Shown in pieces: positions 49,037 through 59,428 of a DNA stretch of 64,000 nucleotides (position 1 is its first letter; every line of letters starts with the position of its first letter). The DNA is from Nitrospirota bacterium (GTDB lineage Bacteria > Nitrospirota > Nitrospiria > SBBL01 > JAADHI01). The position numbers were made by a program, and so were the translations under genes. The stretch lies in contig JAJDBT010000050.1 in assembly GCA_029261215.1 (NCBI GenBank), forward strand, positions 17,982-81,981, given 5' to 3'. A model generated the notes under the pieces. That model saw only the letters and a list, made by a program, of their open reading frames with translations. It was not told where the DNA came from and searched no databases.

Positions 49037-49813
49037 CTATAATGGATCTACTTCTTCTGGTACAGAAATTGTTTTTCCCAAGATCATTCCGGGTTTTGGC
49101 ATATAGATCGAATATTCAGGAATATTCTGCATAACGACACTTCCTGCCCCTATCATACACCCTTGTCCAACGGTCACGCCATCCATGACCAAGGTATTTC
49201 CTCCAAGGTAACTTTTCTTCTGAATAACAATTTTTCCTTTAGTATATCTTGAAAACGAGACTTCGTCTTTATCAGTCTTGTGAAACTTGAACAGTCCGCC
49301 TGAAATTTTACATCCTCCCGCAATTTGAACCCAGTCTTCAATTTCGACACCGCCTTGTGCGACGATATTTGTAAAAGCACCGACATTACAATTTTTTCCA
49401 ATTGAAATACCCCCGACCTTTGAAAGAATAACGGTATATCGACCAACAATCGTTTCACTGCCAATATGAATACCCTCATCACCCGAGCCACGTCCGTCAA
49501 TTAGGGCGTAATCATCGATCACAACCCCATCTCCGATCACAATTTTTTCAGGATGACGGATTGTCAGGCTTTTTCCAAAAACAACACCTCGCCCAATCTT
49601 TTTAAATAACAACGGATAAAATTTTTTACGAAGCAATAGACCCAGTGCACCGGGGATTACCCCGAATAAACTCGTAATCAGTTCATATTTAATGAGCTTT
49701 AATAATGAAAACTCTCCAATGACAAAAGACGCATATTTTTGAAGTAAAGAGGTCTTTTCGCTATAAATTCTTTCTCGAACAAAACTATTTTCATCCAAAT
49801 CCCTGTTGCTCAC
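49037..49813 (-). CDS. Hexapeptide-repeat (LbH) acyltransferase
   Basis: KIGRGVVFG, IVIGDGVVID, IGKNCNVG, GVTVGQGCMIGAGSVV; GTG at 49813 with AGGAGG RBS. Confidence 0.9.
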   Translation of the reverse strand: MSNRDLDENSFVRERIYSEKTSLLQKYASFVIGEFSLLKLIKYELITSLFGVIPGALGLLLRKKFYPLLFKKIGRGVVFGKSLTIRHPEKIVIGDGVVIDDYALIDGRGSGDEGIHIGSETIVGRYTVILSKVGGISIGKNCNVGAFTNIVAQGGVEIEDWVQIAGGCKISGGLFKFHKTDKDEVSFSRYTKGKIVIQKKSYLGGNTLVMDGVTVGQGCMIGAGSVVMQNIPEYSIYMPKPGMILGKTISVPEEVDPL

Positions 49814-49844
49814 TTGACCTCCTTCTTTGATGGAGGGTATTGAC

Positions 49845-50585
49845 TCAACATGAGATACCTCCATCCACCAAAATGGTTTGGCCAGTAATAAAACAGGCAT
49901 CGTCCGACAGCAAGAATCGAAGCAAGGGAAGCACATCTTCCAGCCCGGCCAACCTGTGCATCGGGGTTCGACGGATAATCTGTTGAAGCTGCGATCCGGC
50001 CAAGCTCGATGACATTTCCGTTTTCATATATCCTGGTGCAATCGCATTTACTGTAATATTTTTTCGGCCCACTTCCCTGGCCAAGCTCCTGGTGAACCCA
50101 TCCAGACCTGCTTTTGTGGCAGAATAAACGGTTAAGCCGTTATAACCACGTGTCCCAATGATCGAGCTAATATTAATCACTCGCCCCTGTCCAGCCATCA
50201 ACATCCGTCCAAGACAGAGCCGAGTCAAGCGAATCGCCCCTTCCAGATTGACCGCGATCATTTTACCTACTTCAATTTCGGGTAATGTTGCCAATACGCC
50301 CTCTTGAACGACAGCCGCATTATTGATCACACTGTAAGGCGTACCATTACACGCTATGGCTTTTTTTACAAAGTTTTTAAGAACTGCCATATCAGTAATA
50401 TCCAAGGGCTCAAAATAAAACCTGTTCTCGTGTTGCGCTAACAAAAGGTCAACTTGCTCGGTTTGTCTTCTACTGAAGCTTGATACGCTGTATCCATGTT
50501 CAAGCAGAGAGGAAACAATCCCCAGGCCCAGGCCTTTGGCTCCACCGGAAACGACAACGTGTCTATTTTCTAATTTTTTTTCCAT
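49845..50585 (-). CDS. SDR oxidoreductase, FabG-like
   Basis: SGGAKGLG, INNAA, NISS, YSATK, VNAIAPG. Confidence 0.92.
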   Translation of the reverse strand: MEKKLENRHVVVSGGAKGLGLGIVSSLLEHGYSVSSFSRRQTEQVDLLLAQHENRFYFEPLDITDMAVLKNFVKKAIACNGTPYSVINNAAVVQEGVLATLPEIEVGKMIAVNLEGAIRLTRLCLGRMLMAGQGRVINISSIIGTRGYNGLTVYSATKAGLDGFTRSLAREVGRKNITVNAIAPGYMKTEMSSSLAGSQLQQIIRRTPMHRLAGLEDVLPLLRFLLSDDACFITGQTILVDGGISC

Positions 50586-51831
50586 TTTCTGAGATCACAA
50601 TTTCTTTTACAAAACGAATATATTGAGGAATTTTATAGGATGGCAACAGCACAGACAATTCCTTTTTTAACTTTTCAATAGACAGACTCTTCTCTCTTGT
50701 TAATACAATATCAACCGCCAAAAGAGACCCAACAATTGGGCTTTTCTTTTCATAAACGACACATTCCTTCACCTGTTCGAACCGGAGTAAAACTCCTTCG
50801 ACTTCTTCAGGCAAAACCTTGCTGCCGCCGATGTTAACTCGCCCATCCCGACGTCCACAAAAAAAGTACCGCCCATCTCGTAATTGCACTAGGTCTCCTG
50901 TTGAAATCCAGACATCGGATACCTCAAAGTTTCCCATACGGACCTGAGACTTCATCCTTGAAGGAGACGAGACCTCAAGAACATCCTCTACAACCCTAAA
51001 CTTAATTACCCTTTCTGGATCAATATAGCTCGCAGGAAATCCCGCTTTTTTATCAGAAACAATAATCACAGTTCCAACTTCTGTTGACGCATAAATGTGC
51101 GTAAGGTTTATTGGCTGAAAAAACTGGTCTACAACATCAAGAATATCCTGGGTGACAACTTCGCCCCCAATAGTGGCCTGCTCAAGTCTTGGCTTGGGCA
51201 AACCCTGAGGCCAGGCATTGATTAACAACCTCCAAAACGTCGGCGTTCCACTAATGATATTCACGTCATGTTTACTAATACTTTCACAATACGCAGGAAA
51301 ACTGCCTTGGGGAACATAGACAATCGTCCCATTGCTTCTTGTTGCAGAAAAAAAAATTTGCAGTCCCGCATAACCTGTTGTGGCATAAGACATCAACCAC
51401 ATTTTTTCCTGCAATCGTTTTCCAACTGCACGAGAAGACACTGAAATTGTCTCCCAAGAATGTTTGATCAGTTTAGGCATCCCTGTCGTACCTGTAGTAA
51501 AGACATAAATCGCCGGATCTCTTTGAACAGCATGCGACACCTCAAGTTCATGATATTGAATATGCTCAATGTCACCATCATAGATACATAAATCAATGTG
51601 ATGTTGAGCTATAATTTCATCGATTTGCGCGGGTTTAAAATAAGCAGGACATAAGAACAAGGCATTTCCTGTCTTTTCACAAAGATGTAAACTCACATTT
51701 TGAGAGATGGGCTGTCCTGAGTGAACCAAGATATTTCGATGCCTTTCGAAAATTGGCAGATATCGATCTAACAATTGATTCAAAGCTTGGCGACTGACTT
51801 TTTCGTCACCAATAATAAATTCAGGCATCAT
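50563..51831 (-). CDS. AMP-dependent acyl-ACP/CoA ligase (ANL superfamily)
   Basis: YVFTTGTTGMPK, IYASTE, STGDL, GRRDGRVNIGGSKVLPEEVE, NGK. Start moved to 51831, overlapping the ACP end. Confidence 0.88.
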   Translation of the reverse strand: MMPEFIIGDEKVSRQALNQLLDRYLPIFERHRNILVHSGQPISQNVSLHLCEKTGNALFLCPAYFKPAQIDEIIAQHHIDLCIYDGDIEHIQYHELEVSHAVQRDPAIYVFTTGTTGMPKLIKHSWETISVSSRAVGKRLQEKMWLMSYATTGYAGLQIFFSATRSNGTIVYVPQGSFPAYCESISKHDVNIISGTPTFWRLLINAWPQGLPKPRLEQATIGGEVVTQDILDVVDQFFQPINLTHIYASTEVGTVIIVSDKKAGFPASYIDPERVIKFRVVEDVLEVSSPSRMKSQVRMGNFEVSDVWISTGDLVQLRDGRYFFCGRRDGRVNIGGSKVLPEEVEGVLLRFEQVKECVVYEKKSPIVGSLLAVDIVLTREKSLSIEKLKKELSVLLPSYKIPQYIRFVKEIVISENGKKIRK

Positions 51832-52060
51832 ACAATGCAGCCAATTCATCAATGGTGTTAAACGTGACAAAACCCGCTTCAAAAGGGTCTTTGTTCGTCT
51901 TTTCTTCAAGCTTGACCACAACAATGGCGAGCCCTAAGGAATCTAATCCTGTATCACGTAAGATATGAGTTTCTCCTTCCAGAGGGACAGGATTAAGCCC
52001 ATTTTCCGCCATGACCTCTAAAATGACCTCCTTGACCATCTCAACACTCGTATTTTTCAT
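51821..52060 (-). CDS. Acyl carrier protein
   Basis: 79 aa, acidic, GLDSLG phosphopantetheine Ser, C-terminal TIDELA. Confidence 0.9.
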   Translation of the reverse strand: MKNTSVEMVKEVILEVMAENGLNPVPLEGETHILRDTGLDSLGLAIVVVKLEEKTNKDPFEAGFVTFNTIDELAALYDA

Positions 52061-52174
52061 TCTAAACTTCCTATCTCCGATTTTTTTAAATCAGATCCTC
52101 TGGATGGACTTTGGTCGACGCACTCTAAAACTTCACAAATTCTATCATAAAAACGGGCAGGGTAATTTTAGAAC

Positions 52175-52942
52175 CTACTCTTTTAGTTGCTCCGGTTTTT
52201 GCGCAACCAAGATATAAAACAAGGTATCCAATTTTGAATAGTATATTTTTTCCAATAAAATAAAAAAAACCTGTATGAATGCAATCACTGGAAGGAGAAC
52301 TACTGCTGCAATCATATTCGGTTTTTTATCAATACCTTTATAGAGGGCCTTATGGTAAATAATGTCCTTGTTGATAAACCGGCAGATCAGTTGGCCTATG
52401 GTCGAAAAAAAGCCACAACCCGCTTTCGTATACACAACTTTGAGTTGACTCTTGTCGGCCAGGTAGGTAAGGCCTTCATCCGTAAAACGCCAATAATCAG
52501 GGATCGGCGATTTGATTCTTTTTTCCCAAGTCTTATTTGCAGTCAAAATCAAAATGCCATTGGGTTTCAAAACACGGTAAAATTCATTAAATGCTTCTAT
52601 TGGCTCCTCAACATGGGGCAGCACTTCTGTACACAGGACTGCATCAAATGATGCTGCCTTAAAAGGGAGTTTCGTGCATCCCCCATAAACATTGGCCTGG
52701 ACGTTTTGGCTAAAATAAGAATGTGCGCTAGCTAAATCCAGGCCAATATACTGCTCTTCTGCAATATTAAAGAACTTTTTGTAAGGCTTTTCGCCACATC
52801 CCACATCTAGAAGAGAACCATTTACATAGTGCGCAGCCTCTTTGATTCTTTTTTTTAATGCTCTATCGGTGATGTAATTTCGATTTAGTGGAGAGTTTGA
52901 AATCTTTTTTTTTATAGCGTAAATCCATTCATTATTATTCAA
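52175..52942 (-). CDS. Class I SAM-dependent methyltransferase
   Basis: LLDVGCGEKPY, LPF...SFDAVLCTEVLPHV, RVLKPNG, DYWRFT. Confidence 0.92.
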   Translation of the reverse strand: MNNNEWIYAIKKKISNSPLNRNYITDRALKKRIKEAAHYVNGSLLDVGCGEKPYKKFFNIAEEQYIGLDLASAHSYFSQNVQANVYGGCTKLPFKAASFDAVLCTEVLPHVEEPIEAFNEFYRVLKPNGILILTANKTWEKRIKSPIPDYWRFTDEGLTYLADKSQLKVVYTKAGCGFFSTIGQLICRFINKDIIYHKALYKGIDKKPNMIAAVVLLPVIAFIQVFFILLEKIYYSKLDTLFYILVAQKPEQLKE

Positions 52943-54462
52943 GTAACAGAACCTTTCACAAACTTATTTCGGAATTTATCAAGGATCATCATATCTTCTT
53001 TTTCAAAACCCAACAGAAACAAGACAATGGCGTAAGTTGCAAGAAAAAGGCTTACACCAAAAGCCAAGTCACCATATATATTACTTAAAACCACGAAACG
53101 AGAAAACCCCGAGATAAGACTCAGAGCACCTAATCCCGCCAATAACGGCTTTAAAAAAGCCTTGTTGAATGGATGAACTCTGACAAAAAAGTAGACCTGA
53201 AACAACCTAAAGATATTAACACAAACCAGAGAAAATCCGCTCGCAAGCGCAGCGCCCAAGATACCATATTTCGGAATGAAAATGTAGTTTAGGCCGATAT
53301 TTAAAAAACAGCCAAGCAAATTCGTAAACATGTTAATCCAGGATTTTCCGATCATAAGTAAAACATATCCCGACAAACCGATGAGGGTGTACAAAATATA
53401 CGCACCCCCCAAAACACTCAGGGATAAGGCACCAGAAATAAATCCTTCTCCATAAATGTTGAGTATCGATTTCGCATAAAAAATGACCACCAAATAGAAA
53501 GGGAAACTCGCAATAAAAATCCATTTTGATACAATCTTATATAAATCGGATAATTGAGATATCTGCTTTCGGTTATAAAGATCTGCAATCGTGGGATTAA
53601 ACACACTGGCAAAAGATTCAATAAAAATGACTCCGATAAAAATAATGCCTGTCACAATATAATAAATTCCAAGCTCCTTTGATTCTGAAAAATAACCCAA
53701 CATAAAAATATCTGTCCACATGATAAACCTGACCGTAATCTCGGAAATAGAATTTGGGAATGAAAAAGCCAATAACTTCTTAAACTCAAATTGACTTTGC
53801 AAACCAAATGAATCATGCGAAAACACTTTTCTTGCAAAATAATACGATAAACCCGCTACAAAAAAGAATGACACCGTATTCGCGAGAACAACTCCATTGA
53901 TACGCCATCCAAAAAGTAAAAAAATGGCCGTAAAGATAAATTTAAATACATTTTCTCCAATCTCTCTCGTATATACTTTGTATCGCATAAATTTAAGAGA
54001 TTGGAGCGCAGAAAGGAAAATAATCGTCACCGTAAAAAATGGGATTGAAATGGAAAAAAGCTGCACCACCTCTGTCAGTTCAGGCTTATTAAAGAACGTC
54101 GTTGATAATAGTTCAGAAAAATAGAACAACCCCGCTCCAACCAGAACACTCAATGGAATACTGATACAGAGTGATGCATCCAACACACCTTTCATTCTCT
54201 TATGGTCATTCTCTCCACGATACAACGCAATAAACCTCAAAATACCTGAATCTAAACCCGCAACGGAAACAACAACAAAAAATTTCAATATCGTTAAACC
54301 AAGAGAAAACAAGCCTAGATCTGCTTGAGACAGAATTTTTGCAATAAAAAAAACATACAGAAATCTGAGAATGTTACCGAGAAGGGTTCCTAAAAAATTA
54401 ATACTCGCCCCTTGAAGCACATGGAGCATATCTTTATCATTTTTATTTAAACCAGTTTCCAT
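52939..54462 (-). CDS. Wzx-type flippase (second copy)
   Basis: About 14 TMs, LGLFSLG, WTDIFMLGYF...LGIY, LNYIFIPKYGILGAA. Confidence 0.92.
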   Translation of the reverse strand: METGLNKNDKDMLHVLQGASINFLGTLLGNILRFLYVFFIAKILSQADLGLFSLGLTILKFFVVVSVAGLDSGILRFIALYRGENDHKRMKGVLDASLCISIPLSVLVGAGLFYFSELLSTTFFNKPELTEVVQLFSISIPFFTVTIIFLSALQSLKFMRYKVYTREIGENVFKFIFTAIFLLFGWRINGVVLANTVSFFFVAGLSYYFARKVFSHDSFGLQSQFEFKKLLAFSFPNSISEITVRFIMWTDIFMLGYFSESKELGIYYIVTGIIFIGVIFIESFASVFNPTIADLYNRKQISQLSDLYKIVSKWIFIASFPFYLVVIFYAKSILNIYGEGFISGALSLSVLGGAYILYTLIGLSGYVLLMIGKSWINMFTNLLGCFLNIGLNYIFIPKYGILGAALASGFSLVCVNIFRLFQVYFFVRVHPFNKAFLKPLLAGLGALSLISGFSRFVVLSNIYGDLAFGVSLFLATYAIVLFLLGFEKEDMMILDKFRNKFVKGSVT

Positions 54463-54493
54463 TCTAATAAAAACCTATCATATTCAACCTGGA

Positions 54494-55594
54494 TCAACCC
54501 GCCAATTCTTCATACACATTCAAAGTCTCTCTCGCAGTACGGTCCCATGAAAAAGACTCGACTCGATCCAATCCGTTCTGAACCATCTCTTGCCTGAGTT
54601 TTTCTGAAGACAGAATCTCCTTCATGGCATTTCCAAAACCTTCAACGTCTGTTGGCGAAAACATCTTCGCAGCTTCTCCAACAACATCCGGAATTCCTCC
54701 AGCATTGGATGAAATCACCGGGGTGCCACAGGCCATCGCCTCCAACGGAACAGCCCCGAATGCTTCATAATAGGAAGGAAAAATAAAAAGATCCGCAAGA
54801 TTGTATACGCTTGGTAATTCTTCAAAGATTGGCCCAGTGAAAACCACCTCACCCACAAGGTTTAATTCCTGAAGGAGTGCTTCGATCGTTTGGAAATACC
54901 AAGTTTTTTTACCAACAATGACCAATTTATATTCGGGTTTTTGTTTTTTAAAAAAATGAAAGGCCCTAATAATCGTTTCAATATTTTTAACGGGTAAAAT
55001 TCTTCCAACAAATAGAATAAACCGATCTGGCAGATGGAAGCGCTTTTTAACGACACCCAGAATGCCAGGATCGTTAATTAAGTGGAAACGACCATCTGAA
55101 GCGAGGGGGATCACCCTAAATCTGTCCTCAGGAATGTCGAGGTGTTTTGAATACAATTCTTTTTCTATTTCAGAAACAACAATGAATAAATCGTATTTTC
55201 GAGCGGAAATAGGGAGGGTCAATTTCCAATATAAACTATCGTACCATTTGTACTGCTCTGGCAAGATAAACAATCTCGCAGAGTGAAAGGTCACGACCTT
55301 TTTAGATTCTCCCCGAAACAAAGAAATATGCTTCAAAGAATGGTAGACATCCACTTTCTCCTTCTTTAAGATCCCTTGAAGAATAGTATTACTCCATACC
55401 GTCCACCCGATTGGATTACTCGCGGGAATGACAATCTCTTTGACATGATCAAAGTCCCACCTCTTGTCCTGTTTCGTAGAAAGGAGGATATATTCATTTT
55501 TTTGATCAATTTTAAGTAAGGCCGCCAAGAGACATTTTGTATAGTTCAAAACTCCTGCATATCCCGGACTTCTGACATCAAGACAAATTTTCAT
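54494..55594 (-). CDS. GT4 glycosyltransferase (mannosyltransferase-like)
   Basis: ILFVGRILPVKN, PSYYEAFGAVPLEAMACGTPV, FSWDRTARETL. Confidence 0.93.
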   Translation of the reverse strand: MKICLDVRSPGYAGVLNYTKCLLAALLKIDQKNEYILLSTKQDKRWDFDHVKEIVIPASNPIGWTVWSNTILQGILKKEKVDVYHSLKHISLFRGESKKVVTFHSARLFILPEQYKWYDSLYWKLTLPISARKYDLFIVVSEIEKELYSKHLDIPEDRFRVIPLASDGRFHLINDPGILGVVKKRFHLPDRFILFVGRILPVKNIETIIRAFHFFKKQKPEYKLVIVGKKTWYFQTIEALLQELNLVGEVVFTGPIFEELPSVYNLADLFIFPSYYEAFGAVPLEAMACGTPVISSNAGGIPDVVGEAAKMFSPTDVEGFGNAMKEILSSEKLRQEMVQNGLDRVESFSWDRTARETLNVYEELAG

Positions 55595-55621
55595 AATGAA
55601 ATGAGAATGGACGTGTGGTGA

Positions 55622-56383
55622 TTAATTTTTCGAAAAACCTCTCACCCGCATAAGCGTGGACTTGATCGATAAATAAGTGCCAAAAGCACCCAAGGACAAA
55701 AATTTGAATGGTAATACCTTAAAAATCTTTCCAGCAGCATTAATCCGTTTTAATGCATAAAGGTCAACCCCATGATTCACGCGACCCGGTATCGTAGAAA
55801 TCGCACCTTCAAAGTTTTTTTTGACGATCTCTTTGACATCATTATTGTATTTTCCAAAGGGGTATGCAAAATGTGATACAGCGTGGCCAAGATGGTCTTC
55901 TAATACTTTTTTTGAACCAATGATCTCCGCTTCTGCGACACCCAAATCAACTTCGGTCAGATTCGGGTGACTTTTCGTATGCGCACCAATATCAATTCCT
56001 TCGTGATCCAGAACCCTGACCTCATCCCATGAAAGCATCGGTAAATGAGGAATTGAAGTATGTTGATTTGGCCAATCATTCAAGTGTCCACAACGATCAG
56101 TCGTGATAAAAATCGTCGCAGTAAATCCGTATTTTTTTAAAATGGGCAAGGCATGAGTCAAGTTATTTTGGTAACCATCATCAAAGGTAATCAAAAGCCT
56201 TTTTTCTGGGATACTATCCCCATTTTTGAGCATTGCGAGTGCGTCCTTTAAAGACAAACCCTGGTATCCCTCCGCTTGAAGAGAAGACATCTGCCGCTCA
56301 AACATTTCAGGTGAAACAGAAATCACCGACTCGCTAGAGTCAATGGAATGGTAGGTCAACACCACAATATCATGAGAGCGCAT
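55622..56383 (-). CDS. Polysaccharide deacetylase (CE4/NodB-like)
   Basis: VLTYHSI, ITFDDGY, GAHTKSHP, FAYPFG. Start moved to MRSHD (56383). Confidence 0.92.
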   Translation of the reverse strand: MRSHDIVVLTYHSIDSSESVISVSPEMFERQMSSLQAEGYQGLSLKDALAMLKNGDSIPEKRLLITFDDGYQNNLTHALPILKKYGFTATIFITTDRCGHLNDWPNQHTSIPHLPMLSWDEVRVLDHEGIDIGAHTKSHPNLTEVDLGVAEAEIIGSKKVLEDHLGHAVSHFAYPFGKYNNDVKEIVKKNFEGAISTIPGRVNHGVDLYALKRINAAGKIFKVLPFKFLSLGAFGTYLSIKSTLMRVRGFSKN

Positions 56384-56390
56384 CGACAGC

Positions 56391-57110
56391 TTAAACTCCT
56401 TTGACACAAATGCCAGCAATTTTTTTTGTAAAAATCTTGTTGGACTTCCCATACAATTTAAAGTTGAACCTAAAAAAAAGCGTATTGAGACGATCAACCA
56501 ATATCGCCACATAATTTAAAGGATTCGCATAAAAAACATATAAATTGAGAGGAATAATCTGAATATTGCGATACCCTGCATACTTCAGTATTTGATTTAA
56601 ACTGATTTCCGTCAATGTATTGTAGTGGTCAATATTTTGAGCCAGGGCTTCAGCGCCCGTAATCGGGTTCGCACCATTGAGGGAATGAACAATTAATGAC
56701 CCATTCTGGCTGAGATTTTTTTTCGCCAATTCGAGAAAAAGGAAAATTTCATCCTTTGTGAGATGGTTCAGCTCCTGCTCTGCAATGATTAAATCGAATG
56801 GCTCCTGGTTCGCTTCTAAAAAAGGAAACGCCGCTTCCAAACGACAATTTAAACCTTTTTCTTGGGCATGTTTTATTTTCTCAGGGCCAGAGTCTATTCC
56901 CAATACATCTGTGTACCCTTCAACCTTCAGAAGGTTCACAAAGTATCCTGGACCACAACTAATGACCAGTATTTTTGCGTGTTTATTTGGGGTCACATGA
57001 TGCAGATAATTGTTTTTATAAAACTTGTAAAATGTTCCATATCCTTTTTCAATATCATCCGGACCTTCCCAGAATGAATCAAACGGTTCTATTTTTCCTG
57101 TCAGTTGCAC
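56391..57110 (-). CDS. SAM-dependent methyltransferase-like protein
   Basis: ILVISCGPG (atypical motif I), LGID, PFDLII...LNHL. Confidence 0.8.
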   Translation of the reverse strand: MQLTGKIEPFDSFWEGPDDIEKGYGTFYKFYKNNYLHHVTPNKHAKILVISCGPGYFVNLLKVEGYTDVLGIDSGPEKIKHAQEKGLNCRLEAAFPFLEANQEPFDLIIAEQELNHLTKDEIFLFLELAKKNLSQNGSLIVHSLNGANPITGAEALAQNIDHYNTLTEISLNQILKYAGYRNIQIIPLNLYVFYANPLNYVAILVDRLNTLFFRFNFKLYGKSNKIFTKKIAGICVKGV

Positions 57111-57171
57111 TGGCTCACCTTTTCAAACGGGTTAATGAATAAGTACATACAAAACAATTTCAACATGAAGA

Positions 57172-58365
57172 TCAACACAGACTGCGTGTAAGCTCCTCAC
57201 TTTTTATTCGAGACTTAAGGATAAGGTATTGGCTAAAAACATCGTCAGGCGTAATGTCATTCATACACATTCTATCGTATGGACAGGGAGGAAACTCCCC
57301 CAAACGGCTATAGTTCACACAAGGAACACATGGGTACGGCTTCCGAATGCCAATATGATTTTCTCCAGGAGGTTTAAAGCGTTCCATCACCCCCGGCCCC
57401 CAAAGAGACAAGGTTCCCATCCCCATTGCTGCGGCCATGTAAACAATCCCACCGTCACAGGCTAATAAGATATCACTCATGGATAAAATCGCAAGAGACT
57501 CAGTATAACTCGTCTTCCCGACAAGGTTCTCGATACGCCAAGCTTCTTTCACCTGGGCCATGACTTGAGTCGCCTCAAGCTCATCCGCCGAAACACCCAC
57601 GAGCAAAATCTTGACCTGATTATCTTCCTCACACACCAAATCAATACACCTTGCAAAATCAGACATATTCCAGCGATGATGACTTTTCAGAACCCCTGGA
57701 ACAACGACAAAAAGGAACTCCTTTTCAGGGAAAATGCCGTTCACCTCTAATTTCCTTTTCTCCTCTTTAACCACACCTTCAGGCAGAGAAAAGGAAAGAT
57801 CCTGTGCTTGCGCCATTGTTGATTCAATACCGAAGATCTCTAGCTGTCTCATCATGTTGACAGACTCATAGACTTTCTCATTTGCATAAGAAATGAGATT
57901 TGTATACAAAAGCCGACGATCATTGGTATCAAACCCAACCCGAATCTTCGCTCGTGAGATAAAGGAAATAATGGAGCTTATTTTTCTAAACGGCTCCAAG
58001 TCAAACACAACATCAAATGCTCCTTTTACAAAAAGGCGCATACTTTTCAGAAAACCGGCGAAGTCGTCGAGAACGATCAGTTCATCGAAATAATTCACAT
58101 GGGCATAGGCCAATTTATTTTTCTTTAAACAAATCAAGCTAATTTTCCCTTTTGGAAAGGCTGCACGCAATACCCTTAGGAATGGAAGACTCATTAAACC
58201 ATCTCCGATTCCGCCAGGACGAATCACCAACACCCGTTCACACTCAGAACGCTTCAAGGGAAGCTTTACAGGCGCTATCTTCCTCGGTTTTGCGAAAAGG
58301 GCGATGAGATAAAAACAACATTGAAACAGCGTTTTATCTAAAAAAATAAGCAGGTGGCGATTCAT
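57172..58365 (-). CDS. GT9 (heptosyltransferase-like) glycosyltransferase
   Basis: LVIRPGGIGD, NLVGKTS, DGGIVYMAAA, C-terminal CVPC...C...CM. Start moved to MNRH (58365). Confidence 0.88.
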   Translation of the reverse strand: MNRHLLIFLDKTLFQCCFYLIALFAKPRKIAPVKLPLKRSECERVLVIRPGGIGDGLMSLPFLRVLRAAFPKGKISLICLKKNKLAYAHVNYFDELIVLDDFAGFLKSMRLFVKGAFDVVFDLEPFRKISSIISFISRAKIRVGFDTNDRRLLYTNLISYANEKVYESVNMMRQLEIFGIESTMAQAQDLSFSLPEGVVKEEKRKLEVNGIFPEKEFLFVVVPGVLKSHHRWNMSDFARCIDLVCEEDNQVKILLVGVSADELEATQVMAQVKEAWRIENLVGKTSYTESLAILSMSDILLACDGGIVYMAAAMGMGTLSLWGPGVMERFKPPGENHIGIRKPYPCVPCVNYSRLGEFPPCPYDRMCMNDITPDDVFSQYLILKSRIKSEELTRSLC

Positions 58366-58378
58366 ATTTTTATTACAA

Positions 58379-59371
58379 TTACAGCATCCCTTGTTCTTTA
58401 TACCAAACGATCGTCTTAGACACTCCTTCGTCAAAACTCACCTTCGGTTCAAAGTTTAAGGTTCGATAGGATGCATTACTTGAAAAGGCAAAACTCTTTC
58501 TAAAAAAGTCCATCCTTCTGCGATGTAGTGGAGGCTGTATCCCCAAAGGGCGGAGGGTCACCTCTAAAATCGTCGCCGCTATCATAAAGATAAAAAGCGG
58601 TGCGTGAAACCGAGGGAGGCTCACATCAAGTTGTTTAGCGATAACCGCAGCCATCTCTTTTGTCGTCGCCGTATCCTTTCCCGCCAAGACAAAGACCTTC
58701 CCTTTCGCCTCTTCCAAAGTCGCCGCTAAAAACAACCCATCAATCAGATCATCAATGTAAATCAGGTGATGAATATTTTTCCCATCTCCAATAATAAAAA
58801 AAACACGTTTTTTTATAGCCTTGAAAAGTTTAAGTAATCGGCGGTCTCCGGGACCGTAGGTCTCTGAGATACGGATGATCGACACAGGTAATTTGTCCTG
58901 GAACGAAAGAACCAGTTTTTCAGCCTCCAGTTTTGTTTCCCCATAGATATTGCTCGGCTTCAGTGGCGATTGCTCATCAATATCTCCTGTGAGCGCCTCC
59001 CCATAGACCCCAATGGTACTGCCATGCACAAAACGCCTCACACCTGCACTCAGGCTGGCTTCCAGCATATTTCTCGTGCCTTCCACATTCACATCCCAAT
59101 ATCGTTTATCAGGTACATTCATTTCATGCTGAGCAGCAGCGAGATGAAAAACGATGTCGACATCCCGCAGGAGCTCTTTTAGCAGATTTTTGTCCGTCAC
59201 CGACCCAAACGATACTGCTACACCTTTATCCTGAATGAGTTTCGTATTTTCGGATTCTGCCTCTGTATTTTCCTGACCCAGAACCTTGACCAAATACCCT
59301 TTCTCAAGGCAATTCAAGGCCAATTGAGAACCGATGAATCCGGTACCACCGGTGATCAAAATATTCATCAT
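58379..59371 (-). CDS. NAD-dependent epimerase/dehydratase
   Basis: ITGGTGFIG, VFHLAA, VNVEGT, YGETK, YGPGD. Confidence 0.93.
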   Translation of the reverse strand: MMNILITGGTGFIGSQLALNCLEKGYLVKVLGQENTEAESENTKLIQDKGVAVSFGSVTDKNLLKELLRDVDIVFHLAAAQHEMNVPDKRYWDVNVEGTRNMLEASLSAGVRRFVHGSTIGVYGEALTGDIDEQSPLKPSNIYGETKLEAEKLVLSFQDKLPVSIIRISETYGPGDRRLLKLFKAIKKRVFFIIGDGKNIHHLIYIDDLIDGLFLAATLEEAKGKVFVLAGKDTATTKEMAAVIAKQLDVSLPRFHAPLFIFMIAATILEVTLRPLGIQPPLHRRRMDFFRKSFAFSSNASYRTLNFEPKVSFDEGVSKTIVWYKEQGML

Positions 59372-59428
59372 TCAAAAACTCCCTTTGTAATCATAAACAA
59401 AATCCTATCAAAAATACCACAGCATATC

